A stretch of 63,699 nucleotides of DNA, filler included, from Craspedostauros australis (GCA_030167865.1; 9 parts of 9 records of this genome joined end to end with filler, not necessarily neighbours in it), one strand, 5' to 3'. Shown: positions 51,539 to 63,699, counted from the whole stretch's first letter. Numbers and translations are program-made. Notes: generated by a model from the sequence alone, not told the origin.

Positions 51539-54345
51539 TGATGAATCCCGTGGATAGCAACCATGGCATCAAGGTGCACATCGTGCTCAACGAACCTGTG
51601 CCCCAACCGAAGGATTCATCGAAGGAAATGGAAAGGATCCCAGAAGCGACGATCGCAGATCCCAGGAACAGCAGGTAAAGGAAGAGGGGTTGGGATGCTC
51701 TCAGCACCCGGTCCTTCTGGTGCATGTACACCCACACCGCGCAGAACACTGCGGATGCCATGATGGTGGACATGACAACAAAACCGAGTATTTGAATGGC
51801 TGCAGAATGAAGGATTTGTAATTTTGCGCGGGGTAGTGGTGCGCGAGGACAGTATCAAACAAGATCACATCCGTGTAGAGCAGAGTCGAGTGAAATTGGT
51901 AGAGCCCAGGTAGGCACACGAATAAAAGGTCCAACCGACACATCGCACACAGCACAATGCGCAAAACCGAAGAGGAGATACCAGAACGTGGAATGGTGCG
52001 GTATGGTGCAGGTCGTGAGTTGATGGAGTATAGAGGTACTTGCACTCGTAAATGGGAGGATCAGTAATCCAACCAACCAACCAGCCAATCGAGCGATGAA
52101 GTCATGGGTACGTAGCAACATGTATGGTACCACATGTCAACGAGCAATAGAATGGACAACGATGGACGTGCGTACCTGGTTCGAGATAATTCTGTTCTGG
52201 TGTGGTGCGAAGCAGCTTGGGCCCGCTGGTTGTGCCGTCGGCGTAGATGATTTGGTCCAACTCAACCCATGTCATGGGCATCGTTTCCGTCTCCGGATAA
52301 AAGATGTGAGAGAGGATGTAATCCAACGGAGCATCCGGGCCTGATCCGGAGTCTTCCGAGGAATCCTCGCTGGAGCTGGTGTAGTTTCCCCCCCTGTTGG
52401 AATAACCGTCGTCATCGTAGTAGTCAGACAGGATTTTTCCGGGTGGCAGATTGTTGATGACAAACCACGCGAAGTTGGATTGATCGCGCGCGTAGTTGCG
52501 AATCTCCTGCTTTCTGCGCACGGCCTTGGATTCCGCAATGAGACCATCCTCGTCCACCGTCATCTCCACCTTCTCGTCGTCGTTCTTCGTTTTATTGTTT
52601 GTGGTATCTCCGGTTTCGGGTTTTTGGAACTGGACGTGACCGGAGGCACCGAAGAATTCAAGCCTCCGGATCATGTTGTTGTGCTTCTGGCCGGTGATCT
52701 TGAAGGCCCCTTCTGGTGCTTGCAACGGCGTGAAGAAGTCTTGCGACAAGGCGGCCTTGTAGTCATCGAGCGTTGGGAGTTCCGAAATGTAGGTGCTGTT
52801 GTTGGCGAGATGGTCAAGGTAGTAAGGGACGAACTCCTCGCGGCGCGCCTCGTACTGCTTGCAGCCATCAAGCTTGTCGTAGTAGGCGAGGCAGCCCCCG
52901 ATACCAATGGACATGATCGCATCGAAGAGCAAGTCCGAACCTGCCTCTGGTACATTGTTGAGGAAGTAGTCATCCTCGCCTCGGAAATAGCCAGGTTGTG
53001 ATGGATCTTGAATGGGGGACAAGGCATCAACCCTGTCGAGGAGCTCGCGGGCCTTCACTGCATCCCAAGCCATCGATGCCCAAGCCTTTCGAAAACCGTT
53101 GTGTTCTAAGATGAGGGGGAAGAACCACACGGATCCCGCCAGCAACTGGGCGATGTTTTCATCGTCTGTGTAGATGTACTCGGGATCGAACTTGCCCCAG
53201 AAGATCCAGAGATAGTCCGTGTCGCCTTTGGCCACAGCGTCGCGATTGTTCATGCCGAGGTCCTGCGCAGCGTCCGCCAGCTGCTTCATCTCGCCAGAAG
53301 ATGGATTATCCATGGCGACGATGATGGTGCGGTAGCCGCTCTCCCTGACTTGTTGCATGGCGTTTCTGATCTCCCGAGTCTTGACACCAATGTCGTAGCC
53401 AAATGAATTCCAGGAGACCTTGGTGCGTTTCTGTCTGTTTGACGCACGTCCTTCTTTCGGGATTTTCGTGACCTTTTCCGTTTGAACCGGTGGCAAGCCA
53501 TCCTGATCGAGGGCCAATCCTAGGGCCTCCCTGCGCTGGATGCCAAGTTCCGACAGGCTGTGGATGAGGCTGACGAAGTCGGTGCGGTTGAAGTTCCTGA
53601 GGAATGACGTGACGACGTCCATGGATGCGAAGAGGTCGGGGAAGAGGGACGTGGTGTAAGGTCCATCATCGACGGAGGCGACCTTGGTATTGTAAGCCCG
53701 GCTGACGACGTGCGGGAACTGCGCTGCCGTTGCCAGCGTCTGCAGCTCGAGTGCGGGATCGTCGTGGTAGGGACCTGCGATGGCGCATGGCGGCCGTCCC
53801 GCGTTGAAGAGCCCCTGCGAGGCGAGGTGACCGACCGTTCCAGAGTCAAGGAAGGATTTCTCATCGAAGCCCAGCTGGATGGGGCAATCATGCATGAGCG
53901 CGAGGTCGGGCACCAGAGCGGTAGACTTGGAGTTGAATTCCTCCAGGGCCATCACGGCCGCGATGAGCTGGTTGTATCCTGGGTTGTCATGGCGGAGATC
54001 GTTGGAGAAGGGCAGGTTGGCGACCTTCTCGTTGGTTGTTGCGTCGACAGTGGTGAACGGCATGAAGCTGAACATCTCGCAGGTGAAGTTGTTGGCCGAG
54101 CTGATCTTGGATGGCGCGTTCTTCGTCGTGGATTGCTCTCTCTGGAGGGTAGCCGATGCCAGCCACTGTGGTGATGCGCTGATGCTTCCGGTCCTGACGG
54201 GAGCGCGAGCAAGGAGCAGGGACGTTGCCTGGAGGCACACGAGGACTATCGCCACTTTCCTTGCATGCTGGTAGGTCGTCATTCCTGTTGTCATCATTGT
54301 CATCGTCCTCATTGTCCTCAATCTCTTTGGGGCTACTCCAGTCAT
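51539..54345 (-). CDS. Class C (GABA-B-like) GPCR: periplasmic-binding/Venus-flytrap ectodomain plus 7TM, 3'-truncated; exons 54345-52176 and 51799-51539
   Basis: Signal-like VAIVLVCLQATSLLLA; ectodomain AAVMALEEFN, CAIAGP, YRTIIV, DYLWI, FFGASGHVQF. Intron GTACGC..CAG 52175-51800 joins to IQILGF...RVLRASQPLFLYLLFLG...SFDES...CTLMPWLLSTGF (7tm_3-like). Start codon uncertain among several Mets. Confidence 0.85.
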
Positions 54346-56567
54346 TGTTGCCGAACTGGTGCACTGCCTTCTCTCAAGCCGTTGCTCCCGTTTTATTTCC
54401 CGATGCTCCAAGTACTCGCACGGGCCTTCGTATGAGCGCTGTCGACAATGACTGCCCTGCTGATGCTGATACTGTTGATGGTCGCGATGATGAGGTTGGC
54501 ACTAGCATCCGGACATTGTCCAAAAACCCTGTGTCGTTTTGTGAGTGTGTTTGAGTTTGTTTTTGCGCGAAAGACAAACATCTGTTGTCTGCTGGTCCCC
54601 AACTGAAGGGAACTTCGCCAAAGAGAGGTTCCTCTCGTCCAGGCGATGCAGTTCTCGCTTTACAAGCTATGCGTGTTGTCCCTGTGGGCGACTTTGCTGG
54701 CACAGCGCTCCGCCTCATGATTCTCCGTTGGTCCTGTTAAGCGGCCTTTGTGAAGCGGCTATATGTGTTTGTTCGATGACACTGGAAGCCCCAAGGAGCC
54801 AGGCACGACGGGTCACTAGACCAGCGAAAGACGGAGACAAGCCCGAGGAGAGTAATTAAATATTTGGAGAAATAGTGTACCTATGGCGGTACGCGCTTGT
54901 TTCGTCTTCGTTGGTTGCTTCTGCACCCTGGTTACTGAATGACACTGGTTATTCTGAGAGCGTCTTTACAATCATTGGTCGTGTGCGAGTTGCTCGTATC
55001 GAATGGAGACGTCGTTTGTGGTTTGTTCTGTTGCTGCTTGTTCCGCTTTCTTCTCCGCCTTTTGTTGGCGTTGATGAAGCAAGTGTTTGGGACCTGGCGA
55101 ATGCGGGGACGAATCCCAGCACAGCACTTTTGCTCTCCCCTTGCTGGCGCGCTATCGCTTGTGGGCGAGAACAATTCGCGCTCCTTGTTTAGGCTTTGCT
55201 GTGCAGAGTGGTTCGTCCGCATCAATGGCGGCCTGTTTTATTCTAGTGATGTTTCATCCGTCCATCTCCAGACAGTATCACGCACTCAACAAAGGCTGTT
55301 TCGGGAGGTGGAAACAACAACGCACAATGTTTGCTTCGCCTGTGGGAGCAAATGTTCCTCCCACCACCTACCACAGGAACGAGCTAATTGTCGGAACAAC
55401 GAGAGAGAGAGAGAGTGCGATAAAGCAGCGAGACAAGGTGGTGAACGATTCCAAACAGGGCTGCCGTCTTCGTTGGATTCTTGTAGCGGTCGTGTTTGTG
55501 CCTTCCTCTGTGTTCACGCGGCAATGGCCTTTCTGGTTGTTGCTCGCGTCAGTGAATCGCATCCTCGTATTCTAGTACGCGAAAGCTGTTGGTTTGTTCG
55601 TAAAACGCGCGTCCAAAGCACTCTTGCTCTTACCAATCAGTTTGAGAGACTACTTGTTGTGCTGTGGCGTGGAGTAATTGCTGGGTAGACACGCTACCTT
55701 CAAGTCATGCAGAACATGGAAGACTAGCACCAGCTTGTTGGTCCGGTTCGTGAACAACAATCGATTGGATCAAACACGATGATTCAGGTCGGGATGTGGT
55801 GCAACGGCACACGACTGATCGCAAGTTGAGTGCCTTCACAGCCTCGCGAATCCGATCGTGCAAACGGCTACCGCACCAACTTCAATTGTGCCCCTTATCA
55901 ACAACGGAAAACAGCCGTTATATCCGATTTGTGCAATATATATTCTTACTACCGCTTCCACCAACACACTCTTCGAAACAGAACATCCATCCGGCGAATC
56001 GTGGCGTTTGATGTGTCCTTGTTGCTGCGAGCAACAGTTCGCATCTCTCTCAGCTCGATCACTGCGACCACGCGATGCGAATGTTGTGGAACAACGAACG
56101 CCCCTTCATGGCGCATGGTGCGACGCCTCCTCAAAGAGGAGCCGAAATGTCATCATCGCGAACAGCAACGGTGCACCCGCTCGCACCATTCATGCCACAC
56201 CTGCCAACACCAATACCCACGAGCAATAACAATAACAATAACAATCCCAGAACTTACCAATACGCTCTGCGTTCATCTCTGCCATACTCAACTTATGCTC
56301 CACTGGAGTACGTACAGAACGTGCCAACCATCATCCACAAACGACGTCCAAAGCCATTGCTCAAAGATCATTCACTGTCTTTCGCATCCACCACTCCACA
56401 GAACACTGCCATCGCTTCCATCATCCCAATCATCATCCTGATCATCATCACGAGCATCATCACTTGCGGGAACCAACACCGCGACGACAAGGGGCGAGGC
56501 CAGCAGCAAGAACCGGAACTGCATGCTGATGAAGAAGTCAACGATGGCGATGCGAAGATTTGCCTGC

Positions 56568-56667
56568 NNNNNNNNNNNNNNNNNNNNNNNNNNNNNNNNN
56601 NNNNNNNNNNNTTAATTAATTAANNNNNNNNNNNNNNNNNNNNNNNNNNNNNNNNNNNNNNNNNNNN
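56568..56667. other. Artificial contig-joining spacer
   Basis: 100 bp N-TTAATTAATTAA-N. Confidence 0.98.
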
Positions 56668-57119
56668 GGACTTGACACTTGTGGCGGGAACAGATGTCTC
56701 ATCTTGTCAATTCCCATGCTCTGAAGCCAGATCTGTCCTGGACCCACCATCGTCGTGTTGAACAGACCTTCACCACCACAACAGATGGCGGCACAGTTAC
56801 CAACTGACTTGATATCAATCTGGACGGAAGCGTCGAAGGCCAGGATGCTGTCGCCATCCACCTGCACGGCCTCTCCTTCGCCCAAGGTCTTCTTCACGAC
56901 TGTTCCCATCGACATGATGAAGGCCCATTCACCATTCTCCAACGTCTGAACGATGAAATCGAAGCCACTGCAGATGATTCCACCAATGCTGTTTGCTGGA
57001 TTGAAACCCGCAGAGATATCCGTGGTCTGGTTGCCCAAGCCAACCGTGGAACAGAGGAATGAGTCACGAAGACAGTAGATCTTGCCTGTTGTGGCCATGT
57101 TGAGTGGGATGATGATTCC
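56668..57119. repeat. Terminal direct repeat, copy 1 (452 bp)
   Basis: Same sequence as 58032-58483. Confidence 0.93.
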
Positions 57120-57539
57120 AGGGTAATCTGGTGTCATGCCGATGAATCCGTCTTCGTTGGTCTCGTTGGTGTACGTGACTTCGAACAGCGATCCTCCACC
57201 GGCCAATCTTCCGAATGTCTTCTTGAGGCCGGCGAGTTTCACATCCATCTTCATGCCGTCGCTCATGTAGGCCATGGCACCGGAGAAGCACGTGATTTGG
57301 CGTCCTGCACGCACGGGGAACTGAACGATCTGGGCATCGGTTCCGATGATCTCGAAGATGGGCATGCCATCGTCGAAGGTGGGCGCCTTTTCGGGTGTCC
57401 ATACTTCAAAGCCGGCGATCATGGTGATGGTTGCTTTTGATGTTGTTGGTTGATGTTGGTTGTAGGTTTGTGAATGTTGTGAGTTGAGCAACGGAGAGAA
57501 GTCCGAAGCATTGTCTCGTGGATCCAAGGTTGGTGACAT
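56668..57539 (-). CDS. AIM24: AIM24 (DUF124) family protein, 3' end cut by contig start
   Basis: FEIIGTDAQIV, SGAMAYMSDG, GRLAGGGSLF, PDYPGIIIPL, FIVQTLE, GGEGLFNTTMVGPGQIWLQSM. Start at 57539 or 57422. Confidence 0.87.
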
Positions 57540-58000
57540 CTTGTTACTGTTGTTTGTTTGTTTGTTTGCTTGTTGGATTGTGGAATGGGGGTGGCTGTTG
57601 ATGGATCGCCTTGGCGTTGATTTGATTCGTGAGTTGGGATTGATGAGACCAAAAAAACGGCTTCTTAATTGTTGCGGTCCGCGCTTGCGCAAGGCGAGGG
57701 GGCCGGCGCCATTGCTGCTTCTGCATGTGATCTTCGTGGATCCTTCCCCTCTCTTCGTCGGTGCATGGAGGGAGATCTTCATCGGTACCAATGTCTGGAG
57801 AATAATCCGCTCGACTGGAGTATGGTACTGTCATTTGCGGCATATGACAAAGGATTCTGATGACATTCAGTTTATTGCACTAATAGTGAGAGGACACATA
57901 TGTGACTTTATTTCTGCCTGATTGGGACGAGTCGATTGCTGCGAGCCACTGGAAAGATCACAAACTAGAGAGGGCATTGATCGATACATTCGCCGCCGCC

Positions 58001-58483
58001 TTAATCGCCTCCGCCATCTCCGGCTTCCGGAGGACTTGACACTTGTGGCGGGAACAGATGTCTCATCTTGTCAATTCCCATGCTCTGAAGCCAGATCTGT
58101 CCTGGACCCACCATCGTCGTGTTGAACAGACCTTCACCACCACAACAGATGGCGGCACAGTTACCAACTGACTTGATATCAATCTGGACGGAAGCGTCGA
58201 AGGCCAGGATGCTGTCGCCATCCACCTGCACGGCCTCTCCTTCGCCCAAGGTCTTCTTCACGACTGTTCCCATCGACATGATGAAGGCCCATTCACCATT
58301 CTCCAACGTCTGAACGATGAAATCGAAGCCACTGCAGATGATTCCACCAATGCTGTTTGCTGGATTGAAACCCGCAGAGATATCCGTGGTCTGGTTGCCC
58401 AAGCCAACCGTGGAACAGAGGAATGAGTCACGAAGACAGTAGATCTTGCCTGTTGTGGCCATGTTGAGTGGGATGATGATTCC
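58001..58483 (-). CDS. AIM24: AIM24 family protein, 3' part of second copy, 5'-truncated
   Basis: Identical translation to the first copy and continues to the stop (PPEAGDGGGD*). Confidence 0.85.
   Translation of the reverse strand, partial: GIIIPLNMATTGKIYCLRDSFLCSTVGLGNQTTDISAGFNPANSIGGIICSGFDFIVQTLENGEWAFIMSMGTVVKKTLGEGEAVQVDGDSILAFDASVQIDIKSVGNCAAICCGGEGLFNTTMVGPGQIWLQSMGIDKMRHLFPPQVSSPPEAGDGGGD
58032..58483. repeat. Terminal direct repeat, copy 2 (452 bp)
   Basis: Same sequence as 56668-57119, period 1364 bp. Confidence 0.93.
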
Positions 58484-58583
58484 NNNNNNNNNNNNNNNNN
58501 NNNNNNNNNNNNNNNNNNNNNNNNNNNTTAATTAATTAANNNNNNNNNNNNNNNNNNNNNNNNNNNNNNNNNNNNNNNNNNNN
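58484..58583. other. Artificial contig-joining spacer
   Basis: 100 bp N-TTAATTAATTAA-N. Confidence 0.98.
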
Positions 58584-60848
58584 TTGTATTGGTGTTGGGT
58601 GCATGCTTTGCTGGATACCCTCAGTTGGATGCAGTATTATCTGCTCTCTGCTGCTTACGACATGTGCTGCAGACTTCTGTGTTGTGTGCCATGCTTTCTG
58701 CTCATTGATTGCCTCCTGCCAGATGCTGTGCTATTGGCCATCAGCCAAATTTATGACTCTCAAAGAGTATTGAGATATTCATTCCACTGCCTCAATGCTC
58801 AGCCATCTGTAAGGTTCCAAATGCACGAATTCGCTGGTCATCGTCATTGTCATTGTGCTGTCAATGTTGTTGAGGATTTTGTTGTCCTGATGCATGGCGT
58901 TCGCAGCTCGTTGTGCGTCGCTGACTGCTCCTCTTTGCCTGTGCTTGGTGCTGTCATGTGGGATGCAAACTTGGCCCATGGTGGGAGTGCAATGAGATGC
59001 AGCTCTAGATGCGTTATTTCCCTTCAACCATACTCGTATTCCTCATGCGTTGGCATAGATTGTTGACAATGGTTGCTGCGCCTGCTGATGAGTCTGTGGA
59101 AGGCATTAGCGGAGTACCTTGGTGGATGTCTCCGCTGGTGTATTCATGTGATGGTGGAGTCCCATGGTCATCGACAATGCTGTTGATACCAAACTACGCA
59201 GTGTCCTTCTACTCAGCGCGCATTGAGCTTTTCGTCGATGGGCACATTGGCGTCGTTGGTGGTGATAATGGCGACCTGTGGACCTGGTTGACTTCCTGTG
59301 GTGGATGTAATTGTGGTTGTTGTTCTTATTTCTGTTACTGACGGTGTTATTGGGGCGAATCAGTTGGTGAACTCAACACCTCTTGCCAAACGATTCGTCG
59401 AATTTGTGGAGTTTTGAGGCTTTGAAAAAACTATATTCTGTATGTCCGTCTACCGTCATGCACACGTCATGATGATGAGACGAAATGATTGGACAAGGAT
59501 TATTGATGATGACGTTCGACAAATGTCAATGACAAAAACGGGATCGATCTCGAAATTTGAAATTTGAAATGGAAACGTTCACATCGCTCAGTAGGAAAAA
59601 TTACGTACAATTTTGCCATACATGAAGAAGGACGTTTCGGGAGTTGCGCGAGCCGATGTTCGAAATGATCACTCTCGCTTTGGATTGATGACGACCGGAT
59701 GGGCTCCGCGATTGCTTCTTCCCCAGCACACTCACTTCAATCCAGCAGACTGCATCTCATTGTATGCTTCAAAAATGATCCACTTCAGAGACTGGAGATA
59801 GTTTCTTCGACAAGAGTTGGATTGAACCACTGGGATCGTACAACGTGAAAGAGGACATTCCCAACAGTCCAACACGGTGATCCACTGGGGTGATAATGCC
59901 AACGCCACTCTCCATCATCGCCTTGCTCTTTGAGTAGGGCATGGACTGGACCACCACTCGTGCATGAGCGGTCATTCCTCTCCCATGCACGATATCGAGC
60001 CAACCGAAACAAAGATGAGCGTTGGAAAAGTAGCTGAAGCGCTTGAAGCGGTTGTGCACGGTGGCAGCTTTGTTTCGCGACGTTGAGTGTGTCGCGAAAT
60101 TGTGTCGTCTGCCCGTGAGTACGTTTCATTCACGAATGTTTGGCCCAAAATCGAGTTCGAGAGGGTCTCGGATCCGTGAACCAACCAGAAATGTACCGAA
60201 TCAGTCTCATTGACGAAAACTCACAATACGAGGAACAACGCAAAAAACGCACTCACAAAGGCCCTATTAGAGATAGCTTGGCCATTTTCATGACCTCATA
60301 ACTTTATATCCAAGGCTCGGACTCACTGTATAGCACCTTTTCCTTATTAAAAATTTGTTGAAGTATATATAGTTAAATTATAGTCTCTATAGGAGCCCAT
60401 TTTTTCAGGATCCTGTAGTGGCCGTACGGTCATTGGCTGACGTGGGTCATACACGCATGTACATCTCGACAGCCCACGCGGATGACAGAGGTGATGAACA
60501 GATAGGAGTAAACAGAAGCTACGATGTGGAATTACTCTCCGGATCATTCTACTGCACTACGCTCAATGCGCAATGGCATTGGAGTTCGATCATTCCTGAG
60601 AAATCCAATGGGACGATCATGGCGAGCCATACATCCCATTTGTACGCATCCTCTCAATGCAAATATCAATGCCAATACTAATGCCAACGCCAGTTCCCAT
60701 GCCTCGTCGCCTGTGCGGCATGCACATGTTGATCATTTCATCGCCGCCCATGGGAGAGGCAATGATGACCCGGCGATATGGCCACTGGCATTATCAGCGA
60801 CAGTACCAATAATTGTCATTGCGACATGCCTGTGCAAATAGGGCATGC

Positions 60849-61793
60849 CTATTCGAGCACGCTGGAATCCGCGTCAATGGCGTCGAGGAGGCCCTTCAGG
60901 TCCATGTTGTCGTCGAGTTCCATGGCGCGTTGGTTGCCATCGCCCTTGAAGATGTACGGCAAGTCCAAGACGGTTCCGGAGTTGCAAGAATCCATCTGTT
61001 GATTGCACGGCCAAGGACGCCATGGCGAGGAGATAGCGTGGGCGAACACAACAATTTTGATCATGTGCAACACGGCCGCAAGAGGGTTTGTAGAGCGCGT
61101 TAGCGAAGGTTCAAATGGAGTGAGGTATGTGAAGCAAATCCATGGACATACAACAGAGGTCATGCTTTTTCTTTGGATGCGATGATCACCACACCATGAA
61201 CTCAGTACATATCCATCTCCGGCACACTTACCACAGACACAAGGTGGACACCTTCTGCCAGACCCTTCACGATGATGTCATGCAAGACATCGTCACGGAT
61301 CATACCCGCTTGGAACATGTCAACTGGGCATAGGACCTCGTCAGCCGCGTCCGGTTCCTCGTTTGCTTGATCATCGAGGAGGCTGCTCCCGTGACCTTTG
61401 TGATGTGCAACGAAAGTGGGTCAAGAGTCAGTGCAGTGTAGTGCAGCACAGTGCGACAAAAACAAGAAGATAGTGTGAGACCACAAGCATTGATGGAGGT
61501 ACGCTTCTGCTGCCGCTGCTGTTGGCTTGACATGGCGTGATGTGATGCGATGTAGGAGTGTTCGACTGCTCTCGCAGAAGGGTGAACAACAAGGACAGCC
61601 ACATAGAGCGTTCAGAGAGTGTATGCTTACCAGAGTAGTGCAAGAAGACGGAATCTCCCGCTTTGGAGTCAGCAACGACCTTCCTGTACGCGTTGATCAT
61701 GTTCGCGCGGGTTGGCCTGGTGTGGACGCCATCATCCATTAACATGGCGATGTTCTCCGATTTGAAGCCTTCGACCTCCATGAGGTACTTTTT
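60849..61793 (-). CDS. Metacaspase (peptidase C14) p20 domain, 5'-truncated; exons 61793-61631, 61395-61232, 60995-60849
   Basis: Spliced by hand: KKYLMEVEGFKSENIAMLMDDG..PTRANMINAY..GDSVFLHYSG|HGSSLLDDQANEEPDAADEVLCPVDMFQAGMIRDDVLHDIIVKGLAEGVHLVSV|MDSCNSGTVLDLPY. Both introns have GTAAG donors and AG acceptors with consistent phases. His-Cys dyad present. Confidence 0.9.
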
Positions 61794-61902
61794 CTGCGCC
61801 ATGGTTGGTATACGGACCATGCATGGGAGGGTTGTGGTGAGGGAGCGATGGAAGTTATCGGGCATGCCATGGATGCCATGATTGGAAGCAAAGGAATTGG
61901 GG

Positions 61903-62002
61903 NNNNNNNNNNNNNNNNNNNNNNNNNNNNNNNNNNNNNNNNNNNNTTAATTAATTAANNNNNNNNNNNNNNNNNNNNNNNNNNNNNNNNNNNNNNNNNN
62001 NN
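61903..62002. other. Artificial contig-joining spacer
   Basis: 100 bp N-TTAATTAATTAA-N. Confidence 0.98.
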
Positions 62003-62102
62003 GACCCTTTGCCCTCTGCCTGATCAATTCGTCATAGAAAATGGAAGCATACGTGTAAACCTCTCGGTTTCGTATCACCAATCGTTGGCACTGTAGTCAG
62101 TC

Positions 62103-63043
62103 ATCAAAATCACCATCAATACACTCAAATGCGGTCATGCCACATTTATTGGTCATGCTGGGATCCGTTCCGCACGATCCGAGCAAATACTTCAAACTGC
62201 TCGGCATCGACATCATCAGGTTCGGTGAGTGCGAGATGGAGCACAGTGTCACCGCTACTTGTTTTGAATGTTGATGCCGACATCGTGTGACTCCATGAAG
62301 TACTTCGTGACATCTTCAGACTTGCAAAAACATGCGATGTGAGATGGAAGGTGACCGTAGTGGTCTTCACCGTTGATGTCCGTGTCATCCGACATCTGCC
62401 AGAACTTCACAGTACGTGTGTCGTTATCGTGGCATGCGGATTGGAGAGCAGACACGCTAGATTCGCTTTGAGCGTTCACATCAACTCCATGTGAATCGAT
62501 CAAGTTGACCTCCGTAGCATGCATTGCGCAGTGCGTAGCGCATCACCCAGCTGCCATCCTCCATATTCGCTATGAAGTCTTCAAACAAATATTATACTTG
62601 GTAAGGGTCCAGATGCCAATAGTTGCATGTATTGCACAGAAGGGTCTCATCGTATTTATGCTTGGCCAAACACCACGTTTTGGTTTCTGCCGCTTGCTAC
62701 GTCTGACAGTCTGGGGATCTCCATCTTCAATGCAATCAGAAGACCCTTCGTTGCGATTCCGGCATCTGAGCTGTCGACGCCTTCATCGCCAACATCTCCG
62801 TTGTTGCTGTTCGCGTTGCGGGAACTGCTACGACCGAGGAAACGTTGAGCGTTTGGCTGTGGCATTACTCTCCTGATACCTCTGGGGAACGACGCGCGGC
62901 TGTACGAGGATACGATGAATCCAGGAACATCGTTGCTTGTGCTCGCAGCGAGTCGCTCGTCAATGGAGCATAGTACCGTATGCGATGTTGATGCGGCTGA
63001 TGTTGACAACGAACCCAAGTATTTTATGGGACGAATCTGCCAT
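62103..63043 (-). pseudogene. Ankyrin-repeat pseudogene
   Basis: Ankyrin pieces in shifting frames: HGVDVNAQ..SALQSAC, DINGEDHYGHLPSHIAC, INIQNK/SGDTVLHLA (frameshift at AAG-T-AGC), KYDETLLCNTCNYWHLD then stop, and NKCGMTAFE. The 5' boundary is uncertain. Confidence 0.72.
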
Positions 63044-63699
63044 GCACTCTTCTATTTGCTTTTCTGTCCTTTTTTGTCCACGATAGATACAAGTAGTTGT
63101 GTTGATGTACTTACGAGTACTCGTCCGAGTTACTCAAACTCGTGACTTAACGTCCGAAGTTGTTGGTACAACTACGGCTATGTCCGACTTTTTCGAGACA
63201 AGTTTGGTCAGTGCATGGATTTGTATCGCAGGAACATGTTGAGGTTGAGGAGAGGCCCGGCAATGGCACAGATTGCATCAGACATCGGCATCGTAATCTC
63301 CGCACTATAATACTCTGACACAGTACTCGTGGAACTGTTGATTGTGTTCGTTGAAATTCGTTGATGGATGTCGTTAATGTTACGTGCAGAATAAGCATGC
63401 TGTTATGACATGCGTGCTTCGCATCTCATTTGATTGAGCGAGATCTGGATGTGGGGTTCCTCACCCTTTGGTGAGATGGGGGAAAGTGGCGCCATGGTCT
63501 GAGATTCACGATAAATCTCACAATGCCGCTGGGGCCTGATGCGTATGTGTGTGTTGATGAGTTGTTGTGTTGTTGTGGCGCATTGTGGTTGCACCTCGAT
63601 GCGCCAAGTGGCAATGTGCTTACTTCTGCACACCCATCTCCTCATCGGCATCAGCCTCGGAGCTCTCGTTCTCCTCGTCCTGGTTCAGCTTGTTCATGG

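Noticed and set aside
45012..54345. Apparent cluster of two GPCR classes, and LINE next to GPCR
   Set aside because: They lie on different contigs separated by artificial spacers, so linkage is unsupported.
55830..56567. Overlapping ORFs at a contig end, one with a hydrophobic IIPIIILIII stretch
   Set aside because: The stretch derives from a (CAT)n-like repeat. The frame and strand cannot be decided and there is no recognisable homology.
60325..60420. AT-rich island starting CACTG and ending TAGTG (possible CACTA-type MITE)
   Set aside because: The ends are not convincing inverted repeats and no target-site duplication is evident.
26624..62002. Eight recurring TTAATTAATTAA palindromes within N runs
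   Set aside because: Each sits in an exact 100-bp block with stops in all frames. This is an artificial contig joiner, not a biological repeat.

Overview
Eukaryotic nuclear DNA, most likely from a pennate diatom. That assignment is inferred from GT-AG introns, a diatom-type cyclin, kinase-less LRR membrane proteins, a probable type III metacaspase and an RNase H-bearing LINE. The window is not one continuous molecule. It is nine contigs joined by artificial 100-bp spacers (N-TTAATTAATTAA-N), so adjacency across spacers means nothing. Contig 1 (1-26623) is bounded by a 696-bp inverted repeat containing the 3' part of an RsuA/RluF-family pseudouridine synthase. Inside each arm, tail-to-tail with it, lies a giant disordered protein with two BSD-like domains (1523 aa and about 3390 aa); an intron-containing LRR membrane protein lies between them. 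Contig 2 is a tandem array of four type II membrane LRR proteins. The remaining contigs hold a glycine-zipper protein, a cyclin, a non-LTR retrotransposon fragment, a cAR/GCR1-like 7TM receptor (repeated at the contig ends, plus a decayed copy), a class C (GABA-B-like) GPCR, a repeated AIM24-family gene, a spliced metacaspase and an ankyrin pseudogene. The best candidate for something undescribed is the inverted PUS/BSD cassette and the repeated short-motif grammar of the two giant BSD proteins. Stop-free 3n introns in the LRR genes are also of interest. No rRNA, tRNA or CRISPR array was seen. All functional calls come from motif recognition by eye, not database searches.
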